Below, one piece after another: positions 47,071-55,397 of a stretch of 60,346 bases of DNA. Each line of letters begins with the position of its first letter. Positions within the stretch are counted from its first letter, which is position 1. The notes beneath the pieces are model-generated. The model worked only from the letters and a program-made list of their open reading frames with translations, was not told where the DNA came from and did not search any database. The stretch covers positions 1-60,346 of the forward strand of contig JBJTTW010000066.1 in the NCBI GenBank assembly GCA_046080385.1, read 5' to 3'. A program made the position numbers and the translations under genes. Origin of the DNA: a bacterium. GTDB taxonomy: Bacteria > Cyanobacteriota > Vampirovibrionia > LMEP-6097.

Positions 47071-48781
47071 ATTTAGCTGCTATTGGCATTTTTCTACCAT
47101 ATCCAAAGGTTAATTCTTTAACTTTAATAATAGGTGGATATTGTTGTCTTTTATATTCGTTTCTATCTATCATGCCTAAGATGCTGAGTACGGTTGGTTC
47201 ATAGAAGCCCATTTCGACTATTTCTGTAAGTGATTTTCGCTTTTCAACGTAATTCATAATAATCGCATCTAGCTTAGGATAAGGCGGTAAGCTATCTTCA
47301 TCTTTTTGATTTTCTCTTAGTTCAGCTGTTGGAGCTTTTTTGCAGATGTTATCGGGAATGGTGAGTCCTACATCTAGCGAAACAGTATTTTGGTTGATGT
47401 AATCTACTAGAGCATAGACTTCTGTTTTCAATAGATCACCTATGGGGGCTATGCTACCGCAGGTATCACCATAAATAGTGGCATAACCTACAGCTAGTTC
47501 AGATTTATTGCTGGTAGCTAATAATAGTGAACCCTCGGTATTAGAAAGAGCCAAGAGAATATTTGCTCTGAGCCTCGCTTGCACATTCTCGCTTGCGAGT
47601 TTACTTATTTTGGGCACAGTCTCCAACATGGTTTCATGAAGTTCTTTTATGCTAATGCTACGGTAGTCTATGCCAAGATTTTTTGCAAGCTGCTGAGCGT
47701 CTTTTAGGCTTTCATTACTTGTAAATTTAGAAGCTAACATTATGCCGCTGACATTCTCTTTGCCGAGGGCTTGAACTGCTAAATAGGCGACTAAAGCGGA
47801 ATCTATGCCACCAGAAAGACCCAGTATTGCTTTTTTAAAACCACATTTTTTGAAATAATCTTGTATGCCGAGCTTGAGAGCGGAGAGTATTTCGCCATAG
47901 GCTTTTATATCGCTGATAAAGAGTTCAGTATTGTTTTCTTGGACATCTAGCAGAACTCCAATCTCTGCGTTTTTCTTCTCTTCGCTTATGAATGCTTTTT
48001 CTTCATTCTTCATAAGAGATTCGATATCTATTTCCATAAGATCTTCAATAAAAGAGCGTCCCTGTCTTGTTACATAACCATGTTTATTTACTACGAGTGA
48101 AGCACCGTCAAAGACTAGGTGGTCATTAGAACCTACTTGGTTACAGTAGAGTATCGGCACTTGATGTTTTTCTGCGGCGTGAGTAATAAGGCTCTGTCTA
48201 AGTTTAATTTTATTGATGTAATAAGGAGAGGCAGAGCAGTTAATGATTAATTTAGCTCCGAGCTTAGTTAATTTAGCGATGGGATCTATATCGTAGAGAT
48301 TTTTAAGTTCATCTGCCCATAGATCCTCACAGATACTGATTCCTAGCTTATATCCACCGAAATCTAAAGTTTTAAATTCTTTGTTTGATTCGAAATATCT
48401 TGTCTCATCGAATACATCGTAATTAGGGAGTAGAGTTTTTCTAAATACATCAGCTACTTTATTCCAAGTGATAAAAAATACGGAGTTGAAAAGCTCTTTA
48501 CCAGTAGTATCGTTAGAACTTACTCCTCCCACTAATATACCTAAATTCGCAGGACAGATCTCAGAGAGCTGTTTTAAATAGTCACCTTGTCTAATTAATA
48601 ATTCTTTTTTAAACAGTAAGTCTCTTGCAGGATAACCAATTAGACTCAGCTCTGGAAATATTATTAATTTAGGATTAGAATCCCTTTTACTATTAACTAT
48701 ATTAATAATATCTAGGTGCTTCTCGAAATTAGTTCTAAGGTCACCAACTACAGGGTTAATTTGTGCTAAAAAGGCTTTCAT
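47057..48781 (-). CDS. nadE: Glutamine-dependent NAD+ synthetase (CN-hydrolase plus NAD synthase domains)
   Basis: FPELSLIGYP, GISICEDLW and GLSGGIDSALVAYLA. Confidence 0.95.
   Translation of the reverse strand: MKAFLAQINPVVGDLRTNFEKHLDIINIVNSKRDSNPKLIIFPELSLIGYPARDLLFKKELLIRQGDYLKQLSEICPANLGILVGGVSSNDTTGKELFNSVFFITWNKVADVFRKTLLPNYDVFDETRYFESNKEFKTLDFGGYKLGISICEDLWADELKNLYDIDPIAKLTKLGAKLIINCSASPYYINKIKLRQSLITHAAEKHQVPILYCNQVGSNDHLVFDGASLVVNKHGYVTRQGRSFIEDLMEIDIESLMKNEEKAFISEEKKNAEIGVLLDVQENNTELFISDIKAYGEILSALKLGIQDYFKKCGFKKAILGLSGGIDSALVAYLAVQALGKENVSGIMLASKFTSNESLKDAQQLAKNLGIDYRSISIKELHETMLETVPKISKLASENVQARLRANILLALSNTEGSLLLATSNKSELAVGYATIYGDTCGSIAPIGDLLKTEVYALVDYINQNTVSLDVGLTIPDNICKKAPTAELRENQKDEDSLPPYPKLDAIIMNYVEKRKSLTEIVEMGFYEPTVLSILGMIDRNEYKRQQYPPIIKVKELTFGYGRKMPIAAKYEHY
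47941..47974 (-). repeat. Family-1 solo left end, in frame in the nadE interdomain linker
   Basis: ggacatctagcagaactccaatctctgcgttttt, translated KNAEIGVLLDVQ. Confidence 0.75.
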
Positions 48782-48784
48782 TTT

Positions 48785-50185
48785 ATGCTAGTATCGTGTC
48801 CTATGATAGCTCAAGGTGCTTCTCTTAGTTCTAAATTAGACCAAATTTCTAGCCACTTGAAACCGCTTAGTTATGCGGTAGATGCAAACAATAATATTAC
48901 AATAGCAGGACTTAAAGTAAAAGATTTACTTACTAAGTATGGTAGCCCTTTGTATATTCTCTGTGAAGAAACTATTCGCACTCGCGCAAAGCTCTATGTA
49001 AATGCTTTTAAGAAATTTTATTCAGGTGAAAGCTTAGTTATTTACGCAAGTAAGGCACTTAACTGTAAAGCAGTCTGCAAGATTATAGATTCTGAAGGCT
49101 TAGGTATAGATGTGGTTAGTGGTGGGGAGCTGTTTACTGCATTATCAGTAGGCTTCCCGAAAGAAAAAATTATTTTTCATGGTAATAATAAAGCTAAAGA
49201 TGAACTTGAGATGGCGATAGAAAATCAAATCGGTTCTATTATGCTTGATAATTTTTATGAATTAGAACTTATTTCAGAACTCCTTCATGAAAAGTTTTCT
49301 GTAGATACGACAGTGAACATCTCTATTAGGGTGACTCCGGGTATCGAATGTCATACCCATGAATATATTAAGACTGGCAGAATTGATAGTAAGTTTGGTT
49401 TTGATCTGTCTCAGGTTGATGAACTTATCTCTAAAATACTGACTCTGAAAGAGAAGTATAAAAATATAAATATCAAGGGTCTGCATGCACACATAGGTTC
49501 ACAGATATTTGAAACTATGCCGCATAACGATGTTGCGGGAGTTTTACTGAATCAATACAGAAGCCTTAAAGATAAATACGGCATTAGCCTACAGGACATT
49601 AATGTCGGTGGTGGCTTAGGTATTAAATATCATGAACACGATGATCCTCCAGAGATTAATGACTGGGTGAAAGTGGTAGCTGATTCTATTATCGCTAATT
49701 GTAAAACACTAAATTTAGATTTACCAAGAGTAATAGTGGAGCCTGGTAGAAGTATAGTAGGACCCGCTGGTATAACGGCTTATAAGGTCGGGAATATTAA
49801 AAATATTCCAAATCTGCGTAAGTATGTGGCTGTTGATGGTGGTATGGCAGATAATGTCAGGCACATTATGTATCAGGCTCGTTACTATGCTGAGCTAGAT
49901 GGAAAGATTAGTGATGCTAAAACTGAAAAAGTTACTATTGCAGGTAAATTCTGTGAGTCTGGGGATATACTGATCCGTGATATCGATCTTCCAGAACTAA
50001 ATCATGATGATGTCCTTGTGGTCTATTCGACAGGTGCTTATAACTATAGTATGGCAAGTAACTATAATCGCGTGCGAAGACCAGCCATGCTACTTGTAAA
50101 TAACGGCAGAGCCGATATTATTATAAGGAGAGAGACTTATGAGGATGTCGTACAATGGGATGAACTACCTCAGAACTTATCTTAG
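48785..50185 (+). CDS. lysA: Diaminopimelate decarboxylase
   Basis: YGSPLYILCE, YASKALNCKAV, HAHIGSQI, EPGRSIVG and CESGD. An alternative start is Met7 (48803). Confidence 0.9.
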   Translation: MLVSCPMIAQGASLSSKLDQISSHLKPLSYAVDANNNITIAGLKVKDLLTKYGSPLYILCEETIRTRAKLYVNAFKKFYSGESLVIYASKALNCKAVCKIIDSEGLGIDVVSGGELFTALSVGFPKEKIIFHGNNKAKDELEMAIENQIGSIMLDNFYELELISELLHEKFSVDTTVNISIRVTPGIECHTHEYIKTGRIDSKFGFDLSQVDELISKILTLKEKYKNINIKGLHAHIGSQIFETMPHNDVAGVLLNQYRSLKDKYGISLQDINVGGGLGIKYHEHDDPPEINDWVKVVADSIIANCKTLNLDLPRVIVEPGRSIVGPAGITAYKVGNIKNIPNLRKYVAVDGGMADNVRHIMYQARYYAELDGKISDAKTEKVTIAGKFCESGDILIRDIDLPELNHDDVLVVYSTGAYNYSMASNYNRVRRPAMLLVNNGRADIIIRRETYEDVVQWDELPQNLS

Positions 50186-50276
50186 AGAACTAGCAGAAAG
50201 CTTTTAAGGAGGTTGAACCACTATCCCAGCTGATAACACTAGTCTAGAGCTGAACTATTTAGATGTAGGCGAGCTT

Positions 50277-51155
50277 TTGTATAAGTTCTTAGATATAGAG
50301 TTTAATACTGTAAGTCTTTTTACGGTAGCGATACAGCTTGCGATTTTAGCTTGGTTAGTATATCAGGCTTATGATCGTTTTAAAGGCACGCAAGCAGAGA
50401 GAATCTTAAGGGGTTTAATTATGCTTCTGCCGGTAATGATGCTTTGTTATATTTTGAAATTAAGTATACTTACTAAAATTTTTGAGATATTTTCACAGAC
50501 TTTTATTGTAGGTTTGATCGTTATATTTGCTCCAGAGTTTCGCAGAGTGCTGATTCAGTTAGGTGGCGAGTTTAATCTTTTAAGCTATATAGATGGTCAT
50601 AAATCTTTAGATCAGTTGGAGAAGGCGAATAAAAATATTGTTGCTTCTTTAGAGATGTTGCAGAAAAAGCGAGTAGGGGCTTTGATTATTGTAGAAAAGT
50701 CTCAGGCGGAGCGTTATTATATTAATGCAGGTTTTCCTATTAATGCAGATATCTCGAAGGAGCTCATGATGACTATCTTTGATAATAAATCTCCTTTGCA
50801 TGATGGTGCTGTTATTATTCGTGGAACTCAGCTTGCTCTTGCTAGTGTTATATTGCCGATGACAGAGAACCCTAAGTTAGATTGGCAGTATGGAACTAGG
50901 CATAGGGCTGCTATTGGTTTTAGTGAAGTTACAGATGCTCTGTGTTTTGTGGTTTCAGAAGAGACTGGTGATATTTCTATGGCAAAGCAGGGGAGATTAA
51001 AGCGATATGAGAGCCTCGTAGCTTTAGAGCAAGAGCTGAGTGATTTTTATAAGCATATTTATCGTAATCGGAGTAAAAGAACGCAGATATTTAGTACTTT
51101 AGGTAAGGTTTTAAGGAAAAGAAAAAAAATAATAGCTAGCGATGACGGTGTTTGA
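50277..51155 (+). CDS. cdaA: Diadenylate cyclase CdaA (DisA_N domain, three N-terminal TM helices)
   Basis: GALIIVE, PLHDGAVIIRG and GTRHRAAIGFSEVTDALCFVVSEETGDIS. Confidence 0.9.
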   Translation: MYKFLDIEFNTVSLFTVAIQLAILAWLVYQAYDRFKGTQAERILRGLIMLLPVMMLCYILKLSILTKIFEIFSQTFIVGLIVIFAPEFRRVLIQLGGEFNLLSYIDGHKSLDQLEKANKNIVASLEMLQKKRVGALIIVEKSQAERYYINAGFPINADISKELMMTIFDNKSPLHDGAVIIRGTQLALASVILPMTENPKLDWQYGTRHRAAIGFSEVTDALCFVVSEETGDISMAKQGRLKRYESLVALEQELSDFYKHIYRNRSKRTQIFSTLGKVLRKRKKIIASDDGV

Positions 51156-51171
51156 TAGAATATTATGAGCT

Positions 51172-51909
51172 ATGAATCAGGAACTAAAAAAAGATATTCT
51201 CGTCATTGATGATGATCCAGCTATACTCGAGCTTATAAGTTTTAATCTAGAATTACAAGGCTATAATGTTGAATCTTGCGATAATGCTATAGATGGTTTG
51301 GCTATGGCGTTTCAGAAGCCACCACATCTAATTATTCTTGATTTGATGATGCCTAATATGGATGGCTTTACAGCCTGTCAGCGCATTAGACAGAATGATT
51401 TAACGAAGGAGACTCCAGTATTAATGCTTACAGCTCTTAACCGCACTAATGATAAAGTTACGGGTTTTGATTCTGGTGCTGATGATTATTTAACTAAGCC
51501 TTTTGAGCTTCCTGAACTTTTTGTACGCGTTAAAGCACTTCTTAGAAGATCTGGGGCTATTACTTTAGCTCAATCGATTCCAGAAGTTCTTCATTCTGGA
51601 GATATTACTTTAATGCCAGAATCTAGAGAAGTTAAAATCGAAGATAAAATTTTAAGACTCACCCCTATTGAATTTGAAGTTCTACATTGCTTAATGCAGA
51701 ATCATGGTCAAACAGTATCACCAGGGCTTATTCTTAAAGAAGTCTGGGGTTATTCACCCGAGGATGATATAGATACCATCAGAGTGCATATTCGCCATTT
51801 AAGGTCTAGAATAGAAGCTGGGGCTAAGAAGTATATTAAGACTGTCTATGGTGGTGGTTATCAGCTAATCCCAGAGGGGTTTTTAAAGAGTCATTCTGGG
51901 GCAGTTTAG
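51172..51909 (+). CDS. OmpR-family response regulator
   Basis: ILVIDDDPAILELI, LIILDLMMPNMDG, LTKPF, LTPIEFEVLHCLMQN and TVYGGGYQL. Confidence 0.9.
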   Translation: MNQELKKDILVIDDDPAILELISFNLELQGYNVESCDNAIDGLAMAFQKPPHLIILDLMMPNMDGFTACQRIRQNDLTKETPVLMLTALNRTNDKVTGFDSGADDYLTKPFELPELFVRVKALLRRSGAITLAQSIPEVLHSGDITLMPESREVKIEDKILRLTPIEFEVLHCLMQNHGQTVSPGLILKEVWGYSPEDDIDTIRVHIRHLRSRIEAGAKKYIKTVYGGGYQLIPEGFLKSHSGAV

Positions 51910-51961
51910 ATTTGTTAAAGGCTGATGTGTAACCTATATCGGTCTCTGTTAGAATGTTCTT

Positions 51962-52363
51962 ATGACTTTTCTTAAAAGATTATTTTTCTTAGTTCTTGTG
52001 TTGAGTTTATCCTTAGGTGCAAGTCCAGCTTACAGCTCGCATGGAGCTGTTTCTAAAGTTACTTCATCTCTAATCTCGGCTCCTTTGGGTGGCTTCTTTG
52101 GTCTTGCACGTGGAGCTGTTTCTAAGTCTTCACAGTATGCTTCATCGTTCTCTACGGAATTTGGCGAAGGACTTCTTCCGCGATTAGTTGGTGTGCCGTC
52201 TGGTTTTCTTGTTGGTGGTGCTGCAGGTGGTCTCACAGGCCTTTTGCGTGGTGTGATTAATGGTGTAAGAATTAGTCAAGATAGTCCATTCTCCGCTGCG
52301 GCTATGAGTTTGGATGGTGATTTTATTGATTTCGATCCCTATGATTTTAATGCTACATATTGA
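51962..52363 (+). CDS. Small secreted Gly/Ser-rich hypothetical protein
   Basis: Signal peptide LFFLVLVLSLSLGASPAYS and repeated GAVSK motif. Locally GC-richer. No family recognised. Confidence 0.45.
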   Translation: MTFLKRLFFLVLVLSLSLGASPAYSSHGAVSKVTSSLISAPLGGFFGLARGAVSKSSQYASSFSTEFGEGLLPRLVGVPSGFLVGGAAGGLTGLLRGVINGVRISQDSPFSAAAMSLDGDFIDFDPYDFNATY

Positions 52364-52401
52364 ACACGAAAAAGCAAAAATAGGAGATTGGCAAAAGTGC
52401 C

Positions 52402-54057
52402 ATGCGAGCAATAGAGATTTACGATACTACACTTAGAGATGGCGCACAAATGCGTGGCATCTCTTTTAGCGTGAATGATAAGCTCAAAGTACTCAGGCTC
52501 TTAGATGATATTGGTGTCGCTTTCGTAGAGGGCGGCTGGCCTGGGGCGAATCCGAAGGATATAGATTTTTTTACTGAAGCGAAAAAAATGAAGCTGAAAA
52601 CCACTCAGCTAGTAGCTTTTGGCAGTACTCGTAAGGCTAATACCAAGGTAGAAGCAGATCCTATACTAGCAGCTCTTTTGCGAGCGGAGACAGAGGTTAT
52701 CTGCATAGTGGGGAAAAGCTCTGCCCCGCAGGTTACTAATACTTTAAAAATTTCCTTAGATAAGAATTTAGATATGCTCGCTGAAAGTATATCTTTTTTA
52801 AAATCAGAAGGGCGACGGGTGATTATAGATGCAGAGCATTTCTTTGATGGTTATGTGGCTGATTCTGCTTATTCGCTTAGGTTTGCTAAAATTGCGGTGG
52901 AGGCTGGGGCTGAGACATTAGTTCTCTGTGATACTAATGGTGGCAGTCTGCCGGAGCAGGTTTTTAAAATTACTAAAGAGATTATTGAGATTTATGACGG
53001 GACTGCTTGCAGGGACATAAGCTCAAAGCTGCTCCCTATTAAAATTGGTATTCATGCGCATAATGACTGTGAGCTTGCGGTGGCTAACAGTATTAGAGCC
53101 GTGAGAGCTGGTGCTACTCAAGTACAGGGAACTATTAATGGATATGGAGAACGCTGTGGTAATGCGAATCTGATTTCTATAATTCCTAATTTAGAGCTTA
53201 AGTATACTGAAGAAAAATTAAAGTGTTTACCTAAGGATAAGCTAAAACATTTAAGCAGTCTATCTCATGCTGTGGCTGAAATTGCTAATCAGCACCATAA
53301 TGCTCATCAGCCTTTCGTGGGAGCTAGTTCCTTTGCTCACAAGGCTGGCTTGCATGCTAGTGCAATGAAAAAACAGGACTTTAGCTATGAGCATATAGAC
53401 CCTGTTCTAGTTGGTAATGCGACTAAGATTATTATCTCAGAGCAGTCTGGGGTGAGTAATATACTAGATTGGCTACAGAAGAAAAAGCTTTCCCCGAAGG
53501 CGAGTGATGAGATTATCGGGGAATTCGCTAAAACTGTTTTAGAGAGAGTGAAGAAGCTAGAGCATAAGGGATATAGCTTTGAGAATGCTGATGCGAGCTT
53601 AGAGTTAATGGTGCGCAAGTTAATAGATGCAGAAGAGTCTGCTGAAACTAAACTCAAAGCTTATAAGCCCTATTTTAAGTTAGTGGAGCATAATGTCTAT
53701 ATTTCAAATGGTGAGAAGACAGAGGCTACGGTGCGAATCGAAATAGCAGGCGAGGAAATCCACTCTGCGAGCGTGGGTAATGGTCCTGCGAATGCCTTAG
53801 ATAAGGCTCTCAGAAAAGCTTTAGTAAATTTCTATCCTAAGATAGAGGAGTTTCAGTTATTAGATTATAAAGTGAGGATTCAGGACAGTTCACTTGGAAC
53901 GGCGGCCCTGACTAAGGTTCAGGTTAATACTGGAAATCTAGCTGAAGACTGGGATACTATCGGAGTTAGCACTAATATTATTAAAGCCTCTTGGGATGCG
54001 ATTGTTGACAGTATTGAATATGGTCTAATTAAGTATGCTGTTAAGCCAAAATCTTAA
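52402..54057 (+). CDS. cimA: Citramalate synthase (LeuA/CimA family, long form with LeuA-dimer C-terminus)
   Basis: IYDTTLRDGAQMRGISFSVNDKLKVLRLLDDIGVAFVEGGWPGANPKD, HAHNDCELAVANS. Confidence 0.8.
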   Translation: MRAIEIYDTTLRDGAQMRGISFSVNDKLKVLRLLDDIGVAFVEGGWPGANPKDIDFFTEAKKMKLKTTQLVAFGSTRKANTKVEADPILAALLRAETEVICIVGKSSAPQVTNTLKISLDKNLDMLAESISFLKSEGRRVIIDAEHFFDGYVADSAYSLRFAKIAVEAGAETLVLCDTNGGSLPEQVFKITKEIIEIYDGTACRDISSKLLPIKIGIHAHNDCELAVANSIRAVRAGATQVQGTINGYGERCGNANLISIIPNLELKYTEEKLKCLPKDKLKHLSSLSHAVAEIANQHHNAHQPFVGASSFAHKAGLHASAMKKQDFSYEHIDPVLVGNATKIIISEQSGVSNILDWLQKKKLSPKASDEIIGEFAKTVLERVKKLEHKGYSFENADASLELMVRKLIDAEESAETKLKAYKPYFKLVEHNVYISNGEKTEATVRIEIAGEEIHSASVGNGPANALDKALRKALVNFYPKIEEFQLLDYKVRIQDSSLGTAALTKVQVNTGNLAEDWDTIGVSTNIIKASWDAIVDSIEYGLIKYAVKPKS

Positions 54058-54213
54058 AAATTTTTCATAAAAGATAATACCGTATGAAGGACTTTTAACT
54101 TTGTAATTACTAAATAGCGTTTATACTACTTCTTGTAAGCGTTTAATCGGTTTTATAAGAAACTTTTTAGGCGTGATCTCTCCCACACTTTTCCAGGTTT
54201 ATGTATTAAATTT

Positions 54214-54233
54214 GGTTGGCAAGTCCTTAAAAC
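54214..54233 (+). promoter_or_regulatory. Conserved 20-21-nt motif upstream of small ORFs (copy A; copies B and C at 54810-54830 and 55034-55054)
   Basis: ggttggcaagtccttaaaac / ggttgacgcgagtcttaaaat / ggttggcgagagtcgtaaaac. Confidence 0.45.
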
Positions 54234-54257
54234 ACCTGAAATATTTTGAGGTGTTCA

Positions 54258-54437
54258 ATGAATGTTCTCTTGGCTCCAGTAGCTGTTTTTGGTTTAGCTG
54301 TTTTGGGGGCGGCACGACAGGTGCAGCACAATTCTTCTAATTCTCTGCCGTCAAATTTTAGCTCAGAGCAGTCTTCAGCTGCATTGGAATCTTCTGATTA
54401 TCGCTCACTAGCTTCGTCGATCTCGCAGCCAGCTTAA
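54258..54437 (+). CDS. Small signal-peptide ORF (59 aa), paralogue of 55132-55308
   Basis: GAGGTG SD 5 nt upstream of ATG 54258. MNVLLAPVAVFGLAVLGAARQ... followed by a Ser-rich tail and then a terminator hairpin. Confidence 0.5.
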   Translation: MNVLLAPVAVFGLAVLGAARQVQHNSSNSLPSNFSSEQSSAALESSDYRSLASSISQPA

Positions 54438-54467
54438 ATCCAAATAAACTAAACACAATTAACAGGG

Positions 54468-54490
54468 GCAAGAAGAAATTCTTGCTTTTG
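54468..54490 (+). terminator. Rho-independent terminator after the small ORF
   Basis: gcaagaa-gaaa-ttcttgc followed by ttttg. Confidence 0.6.
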
Positions 54491-54492
54491 TG

Positions 54493-54710
54493 TTTAGAGG
54501 CTGATGTATAGTGGGATTGCTCACGAAGGCGCAAGTAAGTCCACAAGCTGAGAACCACGAAAACGCAGAAATTGGAGTCTAGTAGCAGTGTCTTAGAGGC
54601 TGATTTGCAATCGGGCTGCTCACAAAGGTACAGGTTCAAGGCACTGTTCGCAAGCGTGCAAGTTTAAGACTAGGGGGATGAATGTCCGCAAAATGTAGTC
54701 GAGTATTCAC
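54493..54710. repeat. Mosaic of family-1 modules and a local ~100-bp duplication
   Basis: ttagaggctgat...gctcac(g/a)aagg occurs twice (54493 and 54592). Module A cgaaaacgcagaaattggagtctagtagcagtgtc is at 54558-54592. A degenerate module C (ggttcaaggcactgttcgcaag...gatgaatgtccgcaaaatgtag) follows. Confidence 0.65.
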
Positions 54711-54780
54711 ATCTTTGAAAGATTAAATTATCCTAAACCCACTTGATTAGCCATATTAGAGGCTGTATAATAATTCTTCT

Positions 54781-54896
54781 ATAACTTTCCATGTTTCTGT
54801 ACCAAACATGGTTGACGCGAGTCTTAAAATGTTTAATTTTTAAACAGCAATTAAATAAAAATCTTCAAATGTGTGAGGAGGAGTTTTTTGTTTATG
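54781..54896 (+). repeat. ~115-bp upstream module, copy B (hairpin, conserved motif, GAGGAGG and short ORF)
   Basis: Aligns with 55005-55108. Hairpin ccatgttt-ctgtacc-aaacatgg is at 54789-54811. tgtgtgaggagg is followed by ATG 54894 (17-codon ORF). Confidence 0.7.
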
Positions 54897-55004
54897 TTGT
54901 TTTCTTTTGAGGTTTCTATAATGCTATTCGAGGAGAATCTTAAATAATTGTAAATAATGTAGTAATTCTAAAATCTTTGTAGTACTATGATATAAACCAA
55001 ATTA

Positions 55005-55108
55005 ATAACTTTCCGTGTTTCTGTACCAAATCCGGTTGGCGAGAGTCGTAAAACTTTTAAAAATTTAAAAACTATAAATCTTATTTATTGTGTGAGGAGG
55101 GATTTATG
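55005..55108 (+). repeat. ~115-bp upstream module, copy C
   Basis: ataactttccgtgtttctgtaccaaatccggttggcgagagtcgtaaaac...tgtgtgaggaggg, then ATG 55106 (9-codon leader MFISGGVLL whose TGA overlaps ATG 55132). Confidence 0.7.
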
Positions 55109-55131
55109 TTTATTTCTGGGGGGGTTCTTTT

Positions 55132-55308
55132 ATGAACCCTTTAATTCTGCCTGCCGCATTTCTTTCGTTGTATGCTACTTTGAAGGCTGTCGCTGGCTTT
55201 AGTCACCCTGAGGGATTGAGGGACTCTAGTAGTTCTCTATCTGATTCTGGAAACTCGATTACTGGTGGTACAAGAGATAATGGTTGCAGGATGGCTGCTC
55301 GGTCATAG
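55132..55308 (+). CDS. Small signal-peptide ORF (58 aa), paralogue of 54258-54437
   Basis: MNPLILPAAFLSLYATLKAVAG... with a Ser/Gly-rich tail. Its start overlaps the leader stop (ATGA). Below the 60-aa ORF-track cutoff. Confidence 0.45.
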   Translation: MNPLILPAAFLSLYATLKAVAGFSHPEGLRDSSSSLSDSGNSITGGTRDNGCRMAARS

Positions 55309-55317
55309 TAAGGGCTT

Positions 55318-55350
55318 AAAACGCAGAAATTGGAGCCTCAAAATAGTGTC
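55318..55350 (+). repeat. Family-1 solo end, intergenic
   Basis: aaaacgcagaaattggagcctcaaaatagtgtc, 10 nt after the small ORF stop. Confidence 0.75.
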
Positions 55351-55397
55351 ACTTTGCTGCTCTTCTGGGGCTATTTTTGGATTGAGATTACTGTGAG

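Noticed and set aside
52030-52411. Minus-strand ORFs 52030-52236 and 52184-52411
   Set aside because: They are antisense to the locally GC-richer Gly/Ser-rich secreted-protein gene. Pro/Arg-rich translations are typical of antisense frames.
54214-54233. Sigma-54 promoter (TGGCA...)
   Set aside because: Only the -24-like TGGCA is present. The -12 TTGC element is absent in all three motif copies.
54358-54639. 93-aa minus-strand ORF
   Set aside because: It runs antisense through the small signal-peptide ORF, its terminator and repeat modules. It has no start context and is most likely a chance ORF.
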